Assembly: GCA_017513085.1 (NCBI GenBank)
Contig: JAFWDK010000012.1
Location: forward strand, 1-64,000
DNA from: Clostridiales bacterium
Lineage (GTDB): Bacteria > Bacillota > Clostridia > Saccharofermentanales > Saccharofermentanaceae
DNA: 64,000 nt
Reading direction: 5' to 3'
The notes below the pieces were generated by a model, which saw only the letters and a list, made by a program, of their open reading frames with translations, was not told the DNA's origin and did not search any database. How positions within the stretch are numbered: the stretch's first letter is position 1; every line of letters starts with the position of its first letter. The position numbers and the translations under genes were made by a program. Positions 19,176-28,315 of the stretch are shown here, piece by piece.

Positions 19176-19880
19176 ATGGGACGCACAGGATATCCTAGGA
19201 GAAGGAAAACATATGCTCCGGCGACAGCTGGTGCTTTGGGACTTATGCTCGCTATAGTTATCAGCGCAGCAGCAGACAGCAAAGTGCTTTTCTTTATAGC
19301 ATGGATCGTATGCACGCTTCTTGTATATATTATTTGCAGTAAGATTGAAGATGCGATCTATCACGCAGCAGATAAAACTCGTGAGATTATCGAGAATAAG
19401 ATTTCCGGGTCGTCGGAAGGATCGTCGATTCCATCAAGTAAAGAAGTTGAAGTACCCCAAAAGACGAAAGCCAACCCGGGTACAAACGAATGGAAATGTG
19501 TTTGTGGAAAGATCAACCAAAACTACACAGGACAATGTGTCTGTGGCGTGAGGAAAAACGATGCGGCAAAACGAATAGAAGAGAATAAGGCTAAGGCCAT
19601 AGCAATAGCAAAGAAGAAGAATCTCCAGCTTCCCAAAGAGGAAGAAGCCAGCAAAGATGAATTATTGACAGTTAGCAAACAGTTCGAGAAGGAGAATGAG
19701 TGGAGATGCGTTTGTGGAAAGAAAAATCCTAAATTCGTAGGTACTTGTCAGTGTGGTATGCGCAAAAATGAGGCTATCAAACGTCGTGCAATCGCACTTC
19801 AGAAATCCAGAGAGATCATGGAAGCGAAAAAAGCAAAGGCACAAGGCGTAGATCTTCAACAGGACGAATTCGAGACTTAG
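19176..19880 (+). CDS. Membrane protein with two Cys4 zinc-ribbon repeats
   Basis: Two TM helices; WKCVCGKIN...CVCG and WRCVCGKKN...CQCG; GGAGG RBS. Confidence 0.75.
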   Translation: MGRTGYPRRRKTYAPATAGALGLMLAIVISAAADSKVLFFIAWIVCTLLVYIICSKIEDAIYHAADKTREIIENKISGSSEGSSIPSSKEVEVPQKTKANPGTNEWKCVCGKINQNYTGQCVCGVRKNDAAKRIEENKAKAIAIAKKKNLQLPKEEEASKDELLTVSKQFEKENEWRCVCGKKNPKFVGTCQCGMRKNEAIKRRAIALQKSREIMEAKKAKAQGVDLQQDEFET

Positions 19881-19954
19881 AAATTGATAATTCTCAAACT
19901 AAGCAGTTGTGACTGACTGTCTAAATGATATCACATTAATAATATAACAGTATC

Positions 19955-20012
19955 AAATCGCTGTTATTCTGCGATTAGTAGATTAATAGTGGATTGAGAA
20001 TCGTTTAACTTA
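19955..20012 (+). promoter_or_regulatory. Conserved leader element, copy E (second hairpin decayed)
   Basis: AAATCGCTGTTATTC-TGC-GATTAGTAG-ATTAA. Confidence 0.55.
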
Positions 20013-20124
20013 AGAAGTTTCCTCAGTATCTTTATTCTTTCTTTGTTTCCGGTTGACGATGTTTTTACTTTTCGGCATTAAGATGGAATCATGAAGCCGA
20101 AGAAGTGCTTCGAAAAAGAAGAAA

Positions 20125-20391
20125 ATGACTATGAAAGAGTATTTTGAAAGCCTTAAGACAGAAACAAACTGGTTTAAACTGTTCCGCCCAATCTGCATCG
20201 GAATGACGATCCTCCTCGAGATTGGGACACCGATCATCTTATATATTATTCAGGTCCTGATCAAGCAACAGGAACTGGATCTGCCGAGCTTCTGGTACGG
20301 ACTGATCGTCGCCTTCCTCTACAGCGCCATTCTTGCCTGGGTAATAAGCAGTGTGCATCGAAAAGAACAGCAAAAGCAGGAGAATAAGTAA
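20125..20391 (+). CDS. Small two-TM membrane protein
   Basis: 88 aa, two hydrophobic helices, charged C-terminus. Confidence 0.65.
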   Translation: MTMKEYFESLKTETNWFKLFRPICIGMTILLEIGTPIILYIIQVLIKQQELDLPSFWYGLIVAFLYSAILAWVISSVHRKEQQKQENK

Positions 20392-20470
20392 TCTGACATT
20401 TTACTTGAACGATATTTTCAAGATAGTACATCGTTCAACATAAAACAAAGAAAGTATAGCTATACATGTG

Positions 20471-20502
20471 GAAAAGCCAGGCCCGAAAGAGTCTGGCTTT
20501 TC
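20471..20502. terminator. Bidirectional-type intrinsic terminator
   Basis: GAAAAGCCAGGC-CCGAAAGA-GTCTGGCTTTTC. Confidence 0.75.
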
Positions 20503-20627
20503 TATTCCTGCTGTTACTTGATCGCTTGTTGCGATCTTGTGCCGATTCAGGCGGCGGAAGTCTGTTTTCTAACCTTCCGCTGGATCCGCTTCGGATTCTT
20601 GCCAAGTGCTTGCACAGCAGTTGTCAT
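20502..20627 (-). pseudogene. yjdF/DUF2992 family gene remnant
   Basis: Minus strand reads MTTAVQALGKNPKRIQRKVRKQTSAA*IGTRSQQAIK*QQE*, matching the YjdF NPKRxQR...GIGTKSQQALK motif with in-frame stops. Confidence 0.7.
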
Positions 20628-21039
20628 AGCGAACAGACAACTTGTGAGGATAATATAACTGGGTGGAGGAGAGAGGGGTGGGTCGCGTAGTTTAATTGCC
20701 TCATCAAAACATTCAATTGCCTCGTTTGAGGTGAAAATGAGGCAATTGAATGGGGGGATGAGTATGTTGAAACAAGGATAATGTATTCCACAAGATTGGA
20801 GGGATAACTTATTGTAGAAAAAACAGGTCTAACGTTTAGATAAGTAAAATCAAGAAGGTGGAACCGAGATTTATTGAATGCAAAAATGTAGTACGTTATC
20901 GTTAATTCTGAACTATCAAAAAAGAAATTACAAAATGTAAACGATTATTAAATTCTTTTGCTTAGCTATTTAGATAAATTGAGTTTTGGCTATACTATGT
21001 TTAGAGGTTACATTTTTTTGTGATTGGAAATGTAAAAAG

Positions 21040-23703
21040 ATGATTGATGTATTGTGGGCAAAAAAAGATGGCAAGCACTGGCTATCGTTAAAGTCTCATC
21101 TATTGGATACTGCGGAAACCATGGATTATTTATGGAATAATTGGGTATCACAAGACTTAAGAGATAGACTTTGTAATGCATTTAGGCAGAATTTGTCCGT
21201 AGATGAATGTGGCAGATTCTTGAGATTTCTTGCGCTTGCTCATGATGTCGGAAAAGCGACTCCCATTTTTCAGTCAAAGATATTGCAAGGAAAGAATGAT
21301 GCAGATGCTGTCATTCTAAAAAGATTCATTAAGAAAGAAATACCACTTAAGGAACATTTCTTAAGAGATCTCTATCATGCTCAGGCTGGATACAACCTTC
21401 TTATTGAAGCGGGATGTAATTTGAACGCAGCTTCAATCGTTGGTTCGCATCATGGAATGCCATCTCAAAAGCAACCATCAAATGATAATCAAGAAGCATA
21501 TTATTTGGAGAGCGAAGGTAAGTGTGTGTGGTCCAAACTGCAAAAAGACATCTTATCCTGGGTTTTGCAGCAGTCTGGTTATGCTTCGTTTGAAAGTGTT
21601 CCAGTACCAGCGTTCAATTCCCAGGTTTGGATGACGGGCCTTCTTATTATGGCAGACTGGATTGCAAGTAATAGCGCTTTTTTTCCAATGATTGCAGTAG
21701 ATAGTCTAGTCACTGGAAATAATACGCATCGGCTGAATTCTTCTGATCTGGTTTTCCTACGAGGGGGCTTTTTTGAATCCATGAGGCAAAGTAACCTTGC
21801 TCTTCCAGAAGTTTTCAGGCATAGGTTTTCATTTTATCCCAACACGGTTCAACTTGAAACATGTGGTATAGCGAATAGTATGTCGGATTCCGGTATCATA
21901 GTTCTGGAAGCTCAGATGGGAAAAGGAAAGACTGAAGCTGCGCTTGCGGCAGGTGAAATTCTAGCGTCGAAATTCGACAAAAAGGGTTTATTCTTCGCGT
22001 TGCCTTCTCAGGCTACTTCGGATGGTATGTTTGTAAGAGTAAAAGAGTTTCTTGAAAGCGAAAACTACAAAGGAAGCATAAATCTTGTTCATGCTAAAGC
22101 CGCATACAACAGAGAATATAATGAGATTCCTCACATTAATTCCGTTTGGGATGAACAAGACGACCTATCTCTTGGAATAGGAGAGTGGTTTGAAGGGAAA
22201 AAACAATCCCTATTATCGAATTTCGTAGTTGGCACTGTTGATCAACTTCTTATGGCAGGTTTACAACAAAAACATGTTATGTTGAGGCACTTGGGATTAG
22301 CAGACAAAATCGTTATTGTGGATGAAGTTCATGCTTATGATGCATACATGTCTGTGTATCTTAAAAAGGCGTTATCCTGGCTAGGTGCATATCATGTACC
22401 GGTTATTCTTCTGTCAGCTACGCTTCCACACAAAAAGAAAATGGAACTTATTACTGCGTATGTTGGAAAAGAACGCAGTAAGAATATTGAAATACCTCCC
22501 TATTCTGGAGAGTATCCTGTACTTACTTATTATGATGATCTGAAAATTCAGTCAAAGCCTATAGCAAATACAGATTTGACTAGATCTGTTGATGTCGATT
22601 ATTCTTCTTCAGATATTATTGGCTTAGCTGAAATCATAGAAAAGACCTTGGATCGATCTGATGGTTGTGTAGGCGTTATTCTTAATACTGTCAAGAATGC
22701 ACAGAAGCTTTACATGATGCTAAAAAAACAGTTTTCAGATGATGAGATAATACTAATTCATTCAGGTTTCCTTGCAAACGATAGGGTAGCGATAGAAGAA
22801 AAAATCAGAAAGACTTTGGGTCGCTCAGGAATGGCCACCAGACCACAAAAGTTCATTGTAATCGGAACGCAAGTTCTTGAACAGTCATTAGATATTGATT
22901 TTGATTGGCTTATAACAGAACAGTGCCCCATAGACCTTTTGCTGCAGAGAATAGGAAGGCTTCATAGGCATGGTAGAGAGAGACCTGAGATCTTCAGTCA
23001 AGCAAAATGTCTTGTCGTTATGCTTTCTGACCAGGAAAGAGATGCGTCAGAATTGATATATGGACGTTATCTTCTGCGAAGAACTAGAGCGGTTATTGAA
23101 GCTAAATCAATGCGGATTCGAATACCGGACGATTTATCCCAACTGGTAGAAGATGTGTATGATTGTGAAGACTTGTCAGATGCAGATTATTCTAATTGGG
23201 TTAGATCAATACAGAACAAAGATTACGAGGCAAAGCAATTCTGTATAGCTGACCCGGTGGATAGATTTGATCGAAAATTTCTTCGAAATATGGATTACTT
23301 GCTTGACAACAGAAAACTGTGTGTAACTACAGAGGGCGAGGCAAGAGTACGTGATACTAATGGCTCAATAGAGGTTGTGATTTTTCAAATGAAACATGGA
23401 AGGATTTATCATGTCTCCGGAGATAAAGAAGTATGCTCTGATAAGGAACTGGCATGTGAGACCGTCCGATTACCTTACTCTCTTTCTGGACCGCATATGA
23501 TACAGGAGACGGTGAAAGCACTGGAGAACCTTCGAAACGATACATTGTCAGATGATTTAAGAAACAGTGTATGGCTTAAGGATACGCTATTTTTAGCATT
23601 TAACGAGAATCAGAAAACTAAACTTGAAGTTGGAAAAAAGGTATATAGCATCAAATATGACAATATGACAGGAATTCATGTAGAGAAGGAGGAAAATACG
23701 TGA
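21040..23703 (+). CDS. cas3: CRISPR-associated helicase/nuclease Cas3
   Basis: HD domain (SHLLD, AHDVGK, GSHHG, MADWIAS), MGKGKTEAA, DEVH, LSATLP, QRIGRLHR. Confidence 0.97.
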   Translation: MIDVLWAKKDGKHWLSLKSHLLDTAETMDYLWNNWVSQDLRDRLCNAFRQNLSVDECGRFLRFLALAHDVGKATPIFQSKILQGKNDADAVILKRFIKKEIPLKEHFLRDLYHAQAGYNLLIEAGCNLNAASIVGSHHGMPSQKQPSNDNQEAYYLESEGKCVWSKLQKDILSWVLQQSGYASFESVPVPAFNSQVWMTGLLIMADWIASNSAFFPMIAVDSLVTGNNTHRLNSSDLVFLRGGFFESMRQSNLALPEVFRHRFSFYPNTVQLETCGIANSMSDSGIIVLEAQMGKGKTEAALAAGEILASKFDKKGLFFALPSQATSDGMFVRVKEFLESENYKGSINLVHAKAAYNREYNEIPHINSVWDEQDDLSLGIGEWFEGKKQSLLSNFVVGTVDQLLMAGLQQKHVMLRHLGLADKIVIVDEVHAYDAYMSVYLKKALSWLGAYHVPVILLSATLPHKKKMELITAYVGKERSKNIEIPPYSGEYPVLTYYDDLKIQSKPIANTDLTRSVDVDYSSSDIIGLAEIIEKTLDRSDGCVGVILNTVKNAQKLYMMLKKQFSDDEIILIHSGFLANDRVAIEEKIRKTLGRSGMATRPQKFIVIGTQVLEQSLDIDFDWLITEQCPIDLLLQRIGRLHRHGRERPEIFSQAKCLVVMLSDQERDASELIYGRYLLRRTRAVIEAKSMRIRIPDDLSQLVEDVYDCEDLSDADYSNWVRSIQNKDYEAKQFCIADPVDRFDRKFLRNMDYLLDNRKLCVTTEGEARVRDTNGSIEVVIFQMKHGRIYHVSGDKEVCSDKELACETVRLPYSLSGPHMIQETVKALENLRNDTLSDDLRNSVWLKDTLFLAFNENQKTKLEVGKKVYSIKYDNMTGIHVEKEENT

Positions 23704-25337
23704 AATCAGAATATAATTTGCTTGATGAGCGATGGATTATAGTTACTCGACTTGATGGAAATCTAGAAAAAGTCTCTTTGCTTGAACTTTTTCAAAATGC
23801 CCACATCTATAAATCTTTTGATGGTGAATGTGAGACACAGAATATTTCCATCATTCGGTTGTGCTTGGCAGTCTTGACAACTGTGATTTCTAGGTTTGAT
23901 TTGGAAGGAAAGAATAATCCCATTGAAGATGATATTGATGCTACAACCAGATGGGGAGAATGGTGGAATAGAAAGTCATTTCCAATTCGAATCATATCAG
24001 AGTATCTCGAACAATATCGATTTAGGTTTTACCTTTTTGATGAACAATATCCTTTTTACCAAGATGCTTCAGTCGGGCAGGAACTGGCAATGGAATATAA
24101 AAAGGTAACAGGAAAGAAAAGAATCGCGGATGTGAGCACAGGGTATTACCCTTTGACAAAACTAATAGGGAATCTATCCGAAAGTGCAAACAAAAAGCGT
24201 TTGTTCAAAGCTGCTGATAAGAATAGTATCGAATTTGACGAAGCCGCACGATGGCTGATCAATTATATGAACACCGCGGATAAACCAGAAAAAAAGCCAA
24301 CACCGAAAAACTGCGGAATAATTGGAGAAATGGGCTGCGTTTATTGTCAAGGCAAAAGCATCTTTGAGACGCTTATGCTAAACCTGATTCCTGGCGCAGA
24401 TGGTTCATATGTGGAGAAACCGGAATGGGAAAAAACATCACCTACAGGAAATAATGAAGAGATTTTTCCGTCTTCAAAATCAGAATTATATACATTTCAA
24501 ATCAGAAGACTGTTCCTTGACAGGAGAGAGAATCTGATTGTTGGTTTCAAATCTAAAGCTGGTATGTGTTACAATAGCCTGCCACTTTGGGAACCTATGA
24601 CTATGTGGAGGATTCAAAGCAAGAATAGTATAGAAGAAATACGTCCTAAGCATCATGACCCTTCAGTAGTAATGTGGAGAAATCTATCATTATTGTTGGC
24701 TTCTACAAACGATTCTCGTAAACCAGAGGTTATAAGGTGGATTGAAACTCTTGAGAATCAGGACATATTTGATAGTAATTATTCGCTATCTATTAAGACT
24801 GCAGGTATTGAATATGGAAGTATGTCGTCGTCCATCTCCAACACATTTTACGATTCCCTCAGTTTTTCTGCTGTAATTATTAGAGAACAGGAAAAAAACG
24901 AGCAGAGTAATATTTTAAAAATCCTGGAATTGACCAATGATGTTGCGGACAGATTCGCATATTTCTGTGGGGTTTTGTATGTTGCTCAAGGTGGAGACAA
25001 GGAAGGTGAAAGCGGTGTAAGAAGAAAATCAAAAAGCCGGATGTATTCAGCGCTGGACCTTCCGTTCAGGCGATGGCTTCTCAAAGTCGGAACAGAATAT
25101 ATAACAGCGGGGCAGATAGAAAACAGCTGGTGGGAAATCATACAACGTATCTCCTTACATCTGGCCGACGAGGAGATAAGAAAAATGCCTGTGGAAGCAA
25201 TGATTGGCAAGATGATTTGGGATGAAAAGAAAAAGAAAAATATGATTTACAGTGGAGCAAAGGCATTAGAAGATTTCCACTATGAGATTTCGAAACCAGA
25301 TAGAGTGAAGGAGGTCAAAAATGGGAAGAAGAAGTGA
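23700..25337 (+). CDS. cas8e: Type I-E Cascade large subunit Cas8e (Cse1/CasA)
   Basis: YNLLDERWI, FYLFDEQYPFYQ, EAARWL, FETLMLN, EPMTMW; position after cas3. Confidence 0.93.
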   Translation: MKSEYNLLDERWIIVTRLDGNLEKVSLLELFQNAHIYKSFDGECETQNISIIRLCLAVLTTVISRFDLEGKNNPIEDDIDATTRWGEWWNRKSFPIRIISEYLEQYRFRFYLFDEQYPFYQDASVGQELAMEYKKVTGKKRIADVSTGYYPLTKLIGNLSESANKKRLFKAADKNSIEFDEAARWLINYMNTADKPEKKPTPKNCGIIGEMGCVYCQGKSIFETLMLNLIPGADGSYVEKPEWEKTSPTGNNEEIFPSSKSELYTFQIRRLFLDRRENLIVGFKSKAGMCYNSLPLWEPMTMWRIQSKNSIEEIRPKHHDPSVVMWRNLSLLLASTNDSRKPEVIRWIETLENQDIFDSNYSLSIKTAGIEYGSMSSSISNTFYDSLSFSAVIIREQEKNEQSNILKILELTNDVADRFAYFCGVLYVAQGGDKEGESGVRRKSKSRMYSALDLPFRRWLLKVGTEYITAGQIENSWWEIIQRISLHLADEEIRKMPVEAMIGKMIWDEKKKKNMIYSGAKALEDFHYEISKPDRVKEVKNGKKK

Positions 25338-25893
25338 TGCTTCGGCATTCGTTAATCGGAAGATTAGTTTGCTGAAAACAAGACCATCTTCTGAAGTTTC
25401 AGCTGCACTGGCAGAACTTCGGAGAGGCGCAGGAAAGGAGCCCGGATCAAATCCACTACTGTGGGAATGGACACTAGAAGGGTTACCCGATGAAGGATTT
25501 GGTGCAGAGCCATCGTATCTTGAAACATCAGTATATCTGGCGATGACATTGTTTTCTGTTCATCAACAAGGAAACGATGTTCAAACAAAGTGTATGAGCG
25601 TATCAAGTGTTCGTTTCGGCGAAGCTGTCAGAAGACTCTGTAAAAATGAGGATGATATTGACAGGATGATTAAGAAAATCAAGGCTGTGACATCTGCTGA
25701 TTCGATTACATCGGTAGCATATTATCTTCGTCAATTGATTTCGCTTCTTAAATCGAATGGAATCGGATTTGATTATGCTGATTTAGCTGGAGATCTTTAT
25801 GATTTTCAGTTTGAAGAAGGTCGTGATCGAATTGTGTTGAAATGGGCAAGAGATTTCTACAAAACTAAAAAGATTATATCTGAGGAGGAATAA
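25321..25893 (+). CDS. cas11: Type I-E small subunit Cas11 (Cse2/CasB)
   Basis: ALAELRRGAGKEPG, LFSVHQQG, DYADLAGDL, WARDFY. Confidence 0.94.
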   Translation: MGRRSDASAFVNRKISLLKTRPSSEVSAALAELRRGAGKEPGSNPLLWEWTLEGLPDEGFGAEPSYLETSVYLAMTLFSVHQQGNDVQTKCMSVSSVRFGEAVRRLCKNEDDIDRMIKKIKAVTSADSITSVAYYLRQLISLLKSNGIGFDYADLAGDLYDFQFEEGRDRIVLKWARDFYKTKKIISEEE

Positions 25894-25895
25894 TT

Positions 25896-26951
25896 ATGAA
25901 AGAAGAAAGAATTTATGTTGATGTTCATGTATTGCAAACAGTTCCGCCGAGCTGTGTGAATCGTGATGATACCGGAAGTCCCAAAACAGCTATTTACGGT
26001 GGAGTTCGAAGAGCTCGGATTTCTTCCCAGTCATGGAAACATGCAGTCAGATGTTATTTCAGAGATCATCTTGATGAGCAGAAACTTGCTTATAGAACTA
26101 AAAATGCGGATGCTAAGGTTGCTGATTATCTTGTTCAATATGGGATGAGTCAGGAAGAGGCGAAAAAGTCAGCTGTCAAGGCACTTAAAGATGCGAAGAT
26201 TATAGCTTCGGAAGATGGAAAAAAGAACGCATTATTCTTTATTAGTGACGCTCAAGCAAGAGCGGTTGCTTCAGCAATTAATTCTGGTGCTGATAACGAA
26301 GAGATTAAAAAGGCTCTCTCTGAAACTCCTGGCATAGAAATAGCCCTCTTTGGTCGAATGGTAGCTGATAATACGGCACTTGGAGAAGACGCTTGTTGCC
26401 AAGTTGCTCATGCTATATCAACTCATAAAGTATCTAATGAGTATGATTACTTTACAGCAGTTGATGACATACAAGATGATGATGCTTCCGGAGCGGGTCA
26501 TATTGGTTCGAATGAGTTTAATTCTGCAACTTTATATCGATATGCTACTGTTGCTGTCCATGATCTTGCAAATAGTCTTGGAACGGATACTGCTCAGAGC
26601 GTCTGTGATTTCTTGGAGGCTTTTGTTAAGTCGATGCCAACGGGAAAGATGAATTCGTACGCTAATAGAACTATTCCTGATGCAGTACTGGTTACGATTC
26701 GAAATGATCAGCCTGTGAATTTTGTCGGTGCATTTGAAGAAGCGGTTAACCCTGATAAGCAGTGCGGAGGATATGTTTCTGGTTCTGAAAAGAAACTTGA
26801 GATGTATGTTCTTGAAAGCTATAAGGACTTTATAGATTCTCCTTTGAAATCTTTTGTTGTTGGTAATCTTGATGACTCGTTGGGAGAAAAGGTGTCTTTC
26901 GGAGATTTGTTGCTCAAGGTAAAGGACGTGCTCGTGGAGAATCTCTCATAA
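25896..26951 (+). CDS. cas7: Cas7 (Cse4/CasC)
   Basis: HVLQTVPPSCVNRDDTGSPK, RARISSQSWK, ALFGRM, DYFTAVDD, PTGKMNSYA. Confidence 0.97.
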   Translation: MKEERIYVDVHVLQTVPPSCVNRDDTGSPKTAIYGGVRRARISSQSWKHAVRCYFRDHLDEQKLAYRTKNADAKVADYLVQYGMSQEEAKKSAVKALKDAKIIASEDGKKNALFFISDAQARAVASAINSGADNEEIKKALSETPGIEIALFGRMVADNTALGEDACCQVAHAISTHKVSNEYDYFTAVDDIQDDDASGAGHIGSNEFNSATLYRYATVAVHDLANSLGTDTAQSVCDFLEAFVKSMPTGKMNSYANRTIPDAVLVTIRNDQPVNFVGAFEEAVNPDKQCGGYVSGSEKKLEMYVLESYKDFIDSPLKSFVVGNLDDSLGEKVSFGDLLLKVKDVLVENLS

Positions 26952-26966
26952 TGTGGAGGAAGTATT

Positions 26967-27680
26967 ATGTCTACGTTATTGATTAGGCTTGAAGGTCCTA
27001 TGCAATCCTGGGGGGATGAGTCTGCCTTTGGTGAAAGAAGGACTATGAGAGAACCGACGAAGAGCGGAATCATCGGCCTGGTAGCATCCTCACTGGGATA
27101 TAGAAGAGATGATGAAAGGCTGAAGACACTTTTATCTCTGAGATTTGGAGTCAGGATTGACAGAGAGGGTGTGAACGTATCTGAGTATGATTACCAGATC
27201 TCGAGGGTTGCATGTAAAAACCGTGGCCATTATGTAAGCCTCAAGTATGGTGAGTATGAAACGGAGCCTTCTCAATCAGTTCTCTCAAAACGATACTATC
27301 TCTTCGATGCATCCTTCTTATGTGGTCTGGAAGGAGATGAGAGAATGCTCAAGGACATTGCACATGCTCTTTGCCATCCAATGTGGCCGCTGTTTTTGGG
27401 GAGACGGTCTTGCCCGCCGGCAAAACCGATTTATGTTGCTATAAGAGATGGTTCGTTGGAGGATGCACTTAGGACTGAATCTTTGGCCCAAAGATCTGAA
27501 CTTCGAATCAGATATTGCATTGAACCGATTGATGCAGATAGCAGGGCATTTGAGCAAAAAGATCTGCCTCTTTCGTTTGATAAGCGGAAGAGAATCTATA
27601 GCAAGAGAAAAGTCATAGAAGGTTATTGGGATTACGTGGATTCTTGCGAGTCAGAACAAGATCCTCTCGCCATACTGTAA
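26967..27680 (+). CDS. cas5: Cas5 (CasD)
   Basis: LEGPMQSWG, PTKSGIIGL, LFLGRRSCPP. Confidence 0.96.
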   Translation: MSTLLIRLEGPMQSWGDESAFGERRTMREPTKSGIIGLVASSLGYRRDDERLKTLLSLRFGVRIDREGVNVSEYDYQISRVACKNRGHYVSLKYGEYETEPSQSVLSKRYYLFDASFLCGLEGDERMLKDIAHALCHPMWPLFLGRRSCPPAKPIYVAIRDGSLEDALRTESLAQRSELRIRYCIEPIDADSRAFEQKDLPLSFDKRKRIYSKRKVIEGYWDYVDSCESEQDPLAIL

Positions 27681-27690
27681 GGGGAAAAAT

Positions 27691-28314
27691 ATGTATTATT
27701 TATCTAGGATCATTCTTGATGATACAAATAGAAAGGTGATGGAAGGATTTGCTAGACCATCACTTTTCCATGGAGCCGTAGAAAGAAGCATAGACGGTCC
27801 GCGAAAACGAAACATATGGAGAATTGACAGGTTCAAAGGCAAATCCTGTCTGCTATTGGTAACGTCTGAAAAACCGGATTTGAGTTCAATTCAGAAAGAG
27901 TTTGGATATGAAAATGTGCAGCCGGAGATTAAAGAATATGATGCTTTTCTCCAGAAACTATCATGCGGACAGATATGGAGGTTCAGAATTAAGTTGAACC
28001 CGGTTGTGAATCGTGATTCTAAGAGGATCCCTATTAAATCGTCTCAAATGAAAGACTGGTTTATGGGAAAAGTGGAATCATACGGATTCACAGTCAATTC
28101 AGATGGTTTTGATATAGTTGACTTGCGAGATTATGATTTCCATAAGAATGGCGAATCATATCTTAAAAAGGAACCAAAAGTAAGATTTAAAACCGTAACG
28201 TTCGAAGGTATTCTGACTATAACGGACTCCGAAAAAATCAAGAGTGCCTTGGTCACCGGCATTGGAAAAGAAAAAGCTTTCGGATGCGGTTTGCTCACAC
28301 TTGCGGGTTTGTAA
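27691..28314 (+). CDS. cas6e: Cas6e (Cse3/CasE)
   Basis: YLSRI, FHGAV, FEGIL, C-terminal GIGKEKAFGCGLL loop. Confidence 0.96.
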   Translation: MYYLSRIILDDTNRKVMEGFARPSLFHGAVERSIDGPRKRNIWRIDRFKGKSCLLLVTSEKPDLSSIQKEFGYENVQPEIKEYDAFLQKLSCGQIWRFRIKLNPVVNRDSKRIPIKSSQMKDWFMGKVESYGFTVNSDGFDIVDLRDYDFHKNGESYLKKEPKVRFKTVTFEGILTITDSEKIKSALVTGIGKEKAFGCGLLTLAGL

Positions 28315-28315
28315 T

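Noticed and set aside
7444-20012. Canonical integron attC array or DGR explaining the surface-protein variation
   Set aside because: No RYYYAAC/GTTRRRY boxes recognised, no tyrosine recombinase or reverse transcriptase in the window, and repeat differences are not adenine-specific
20466-20690. 74-aa plus-strand ORF
   Set aside because: Starts inside a terminator; the opposite strand is better explained as a yjdF remnant
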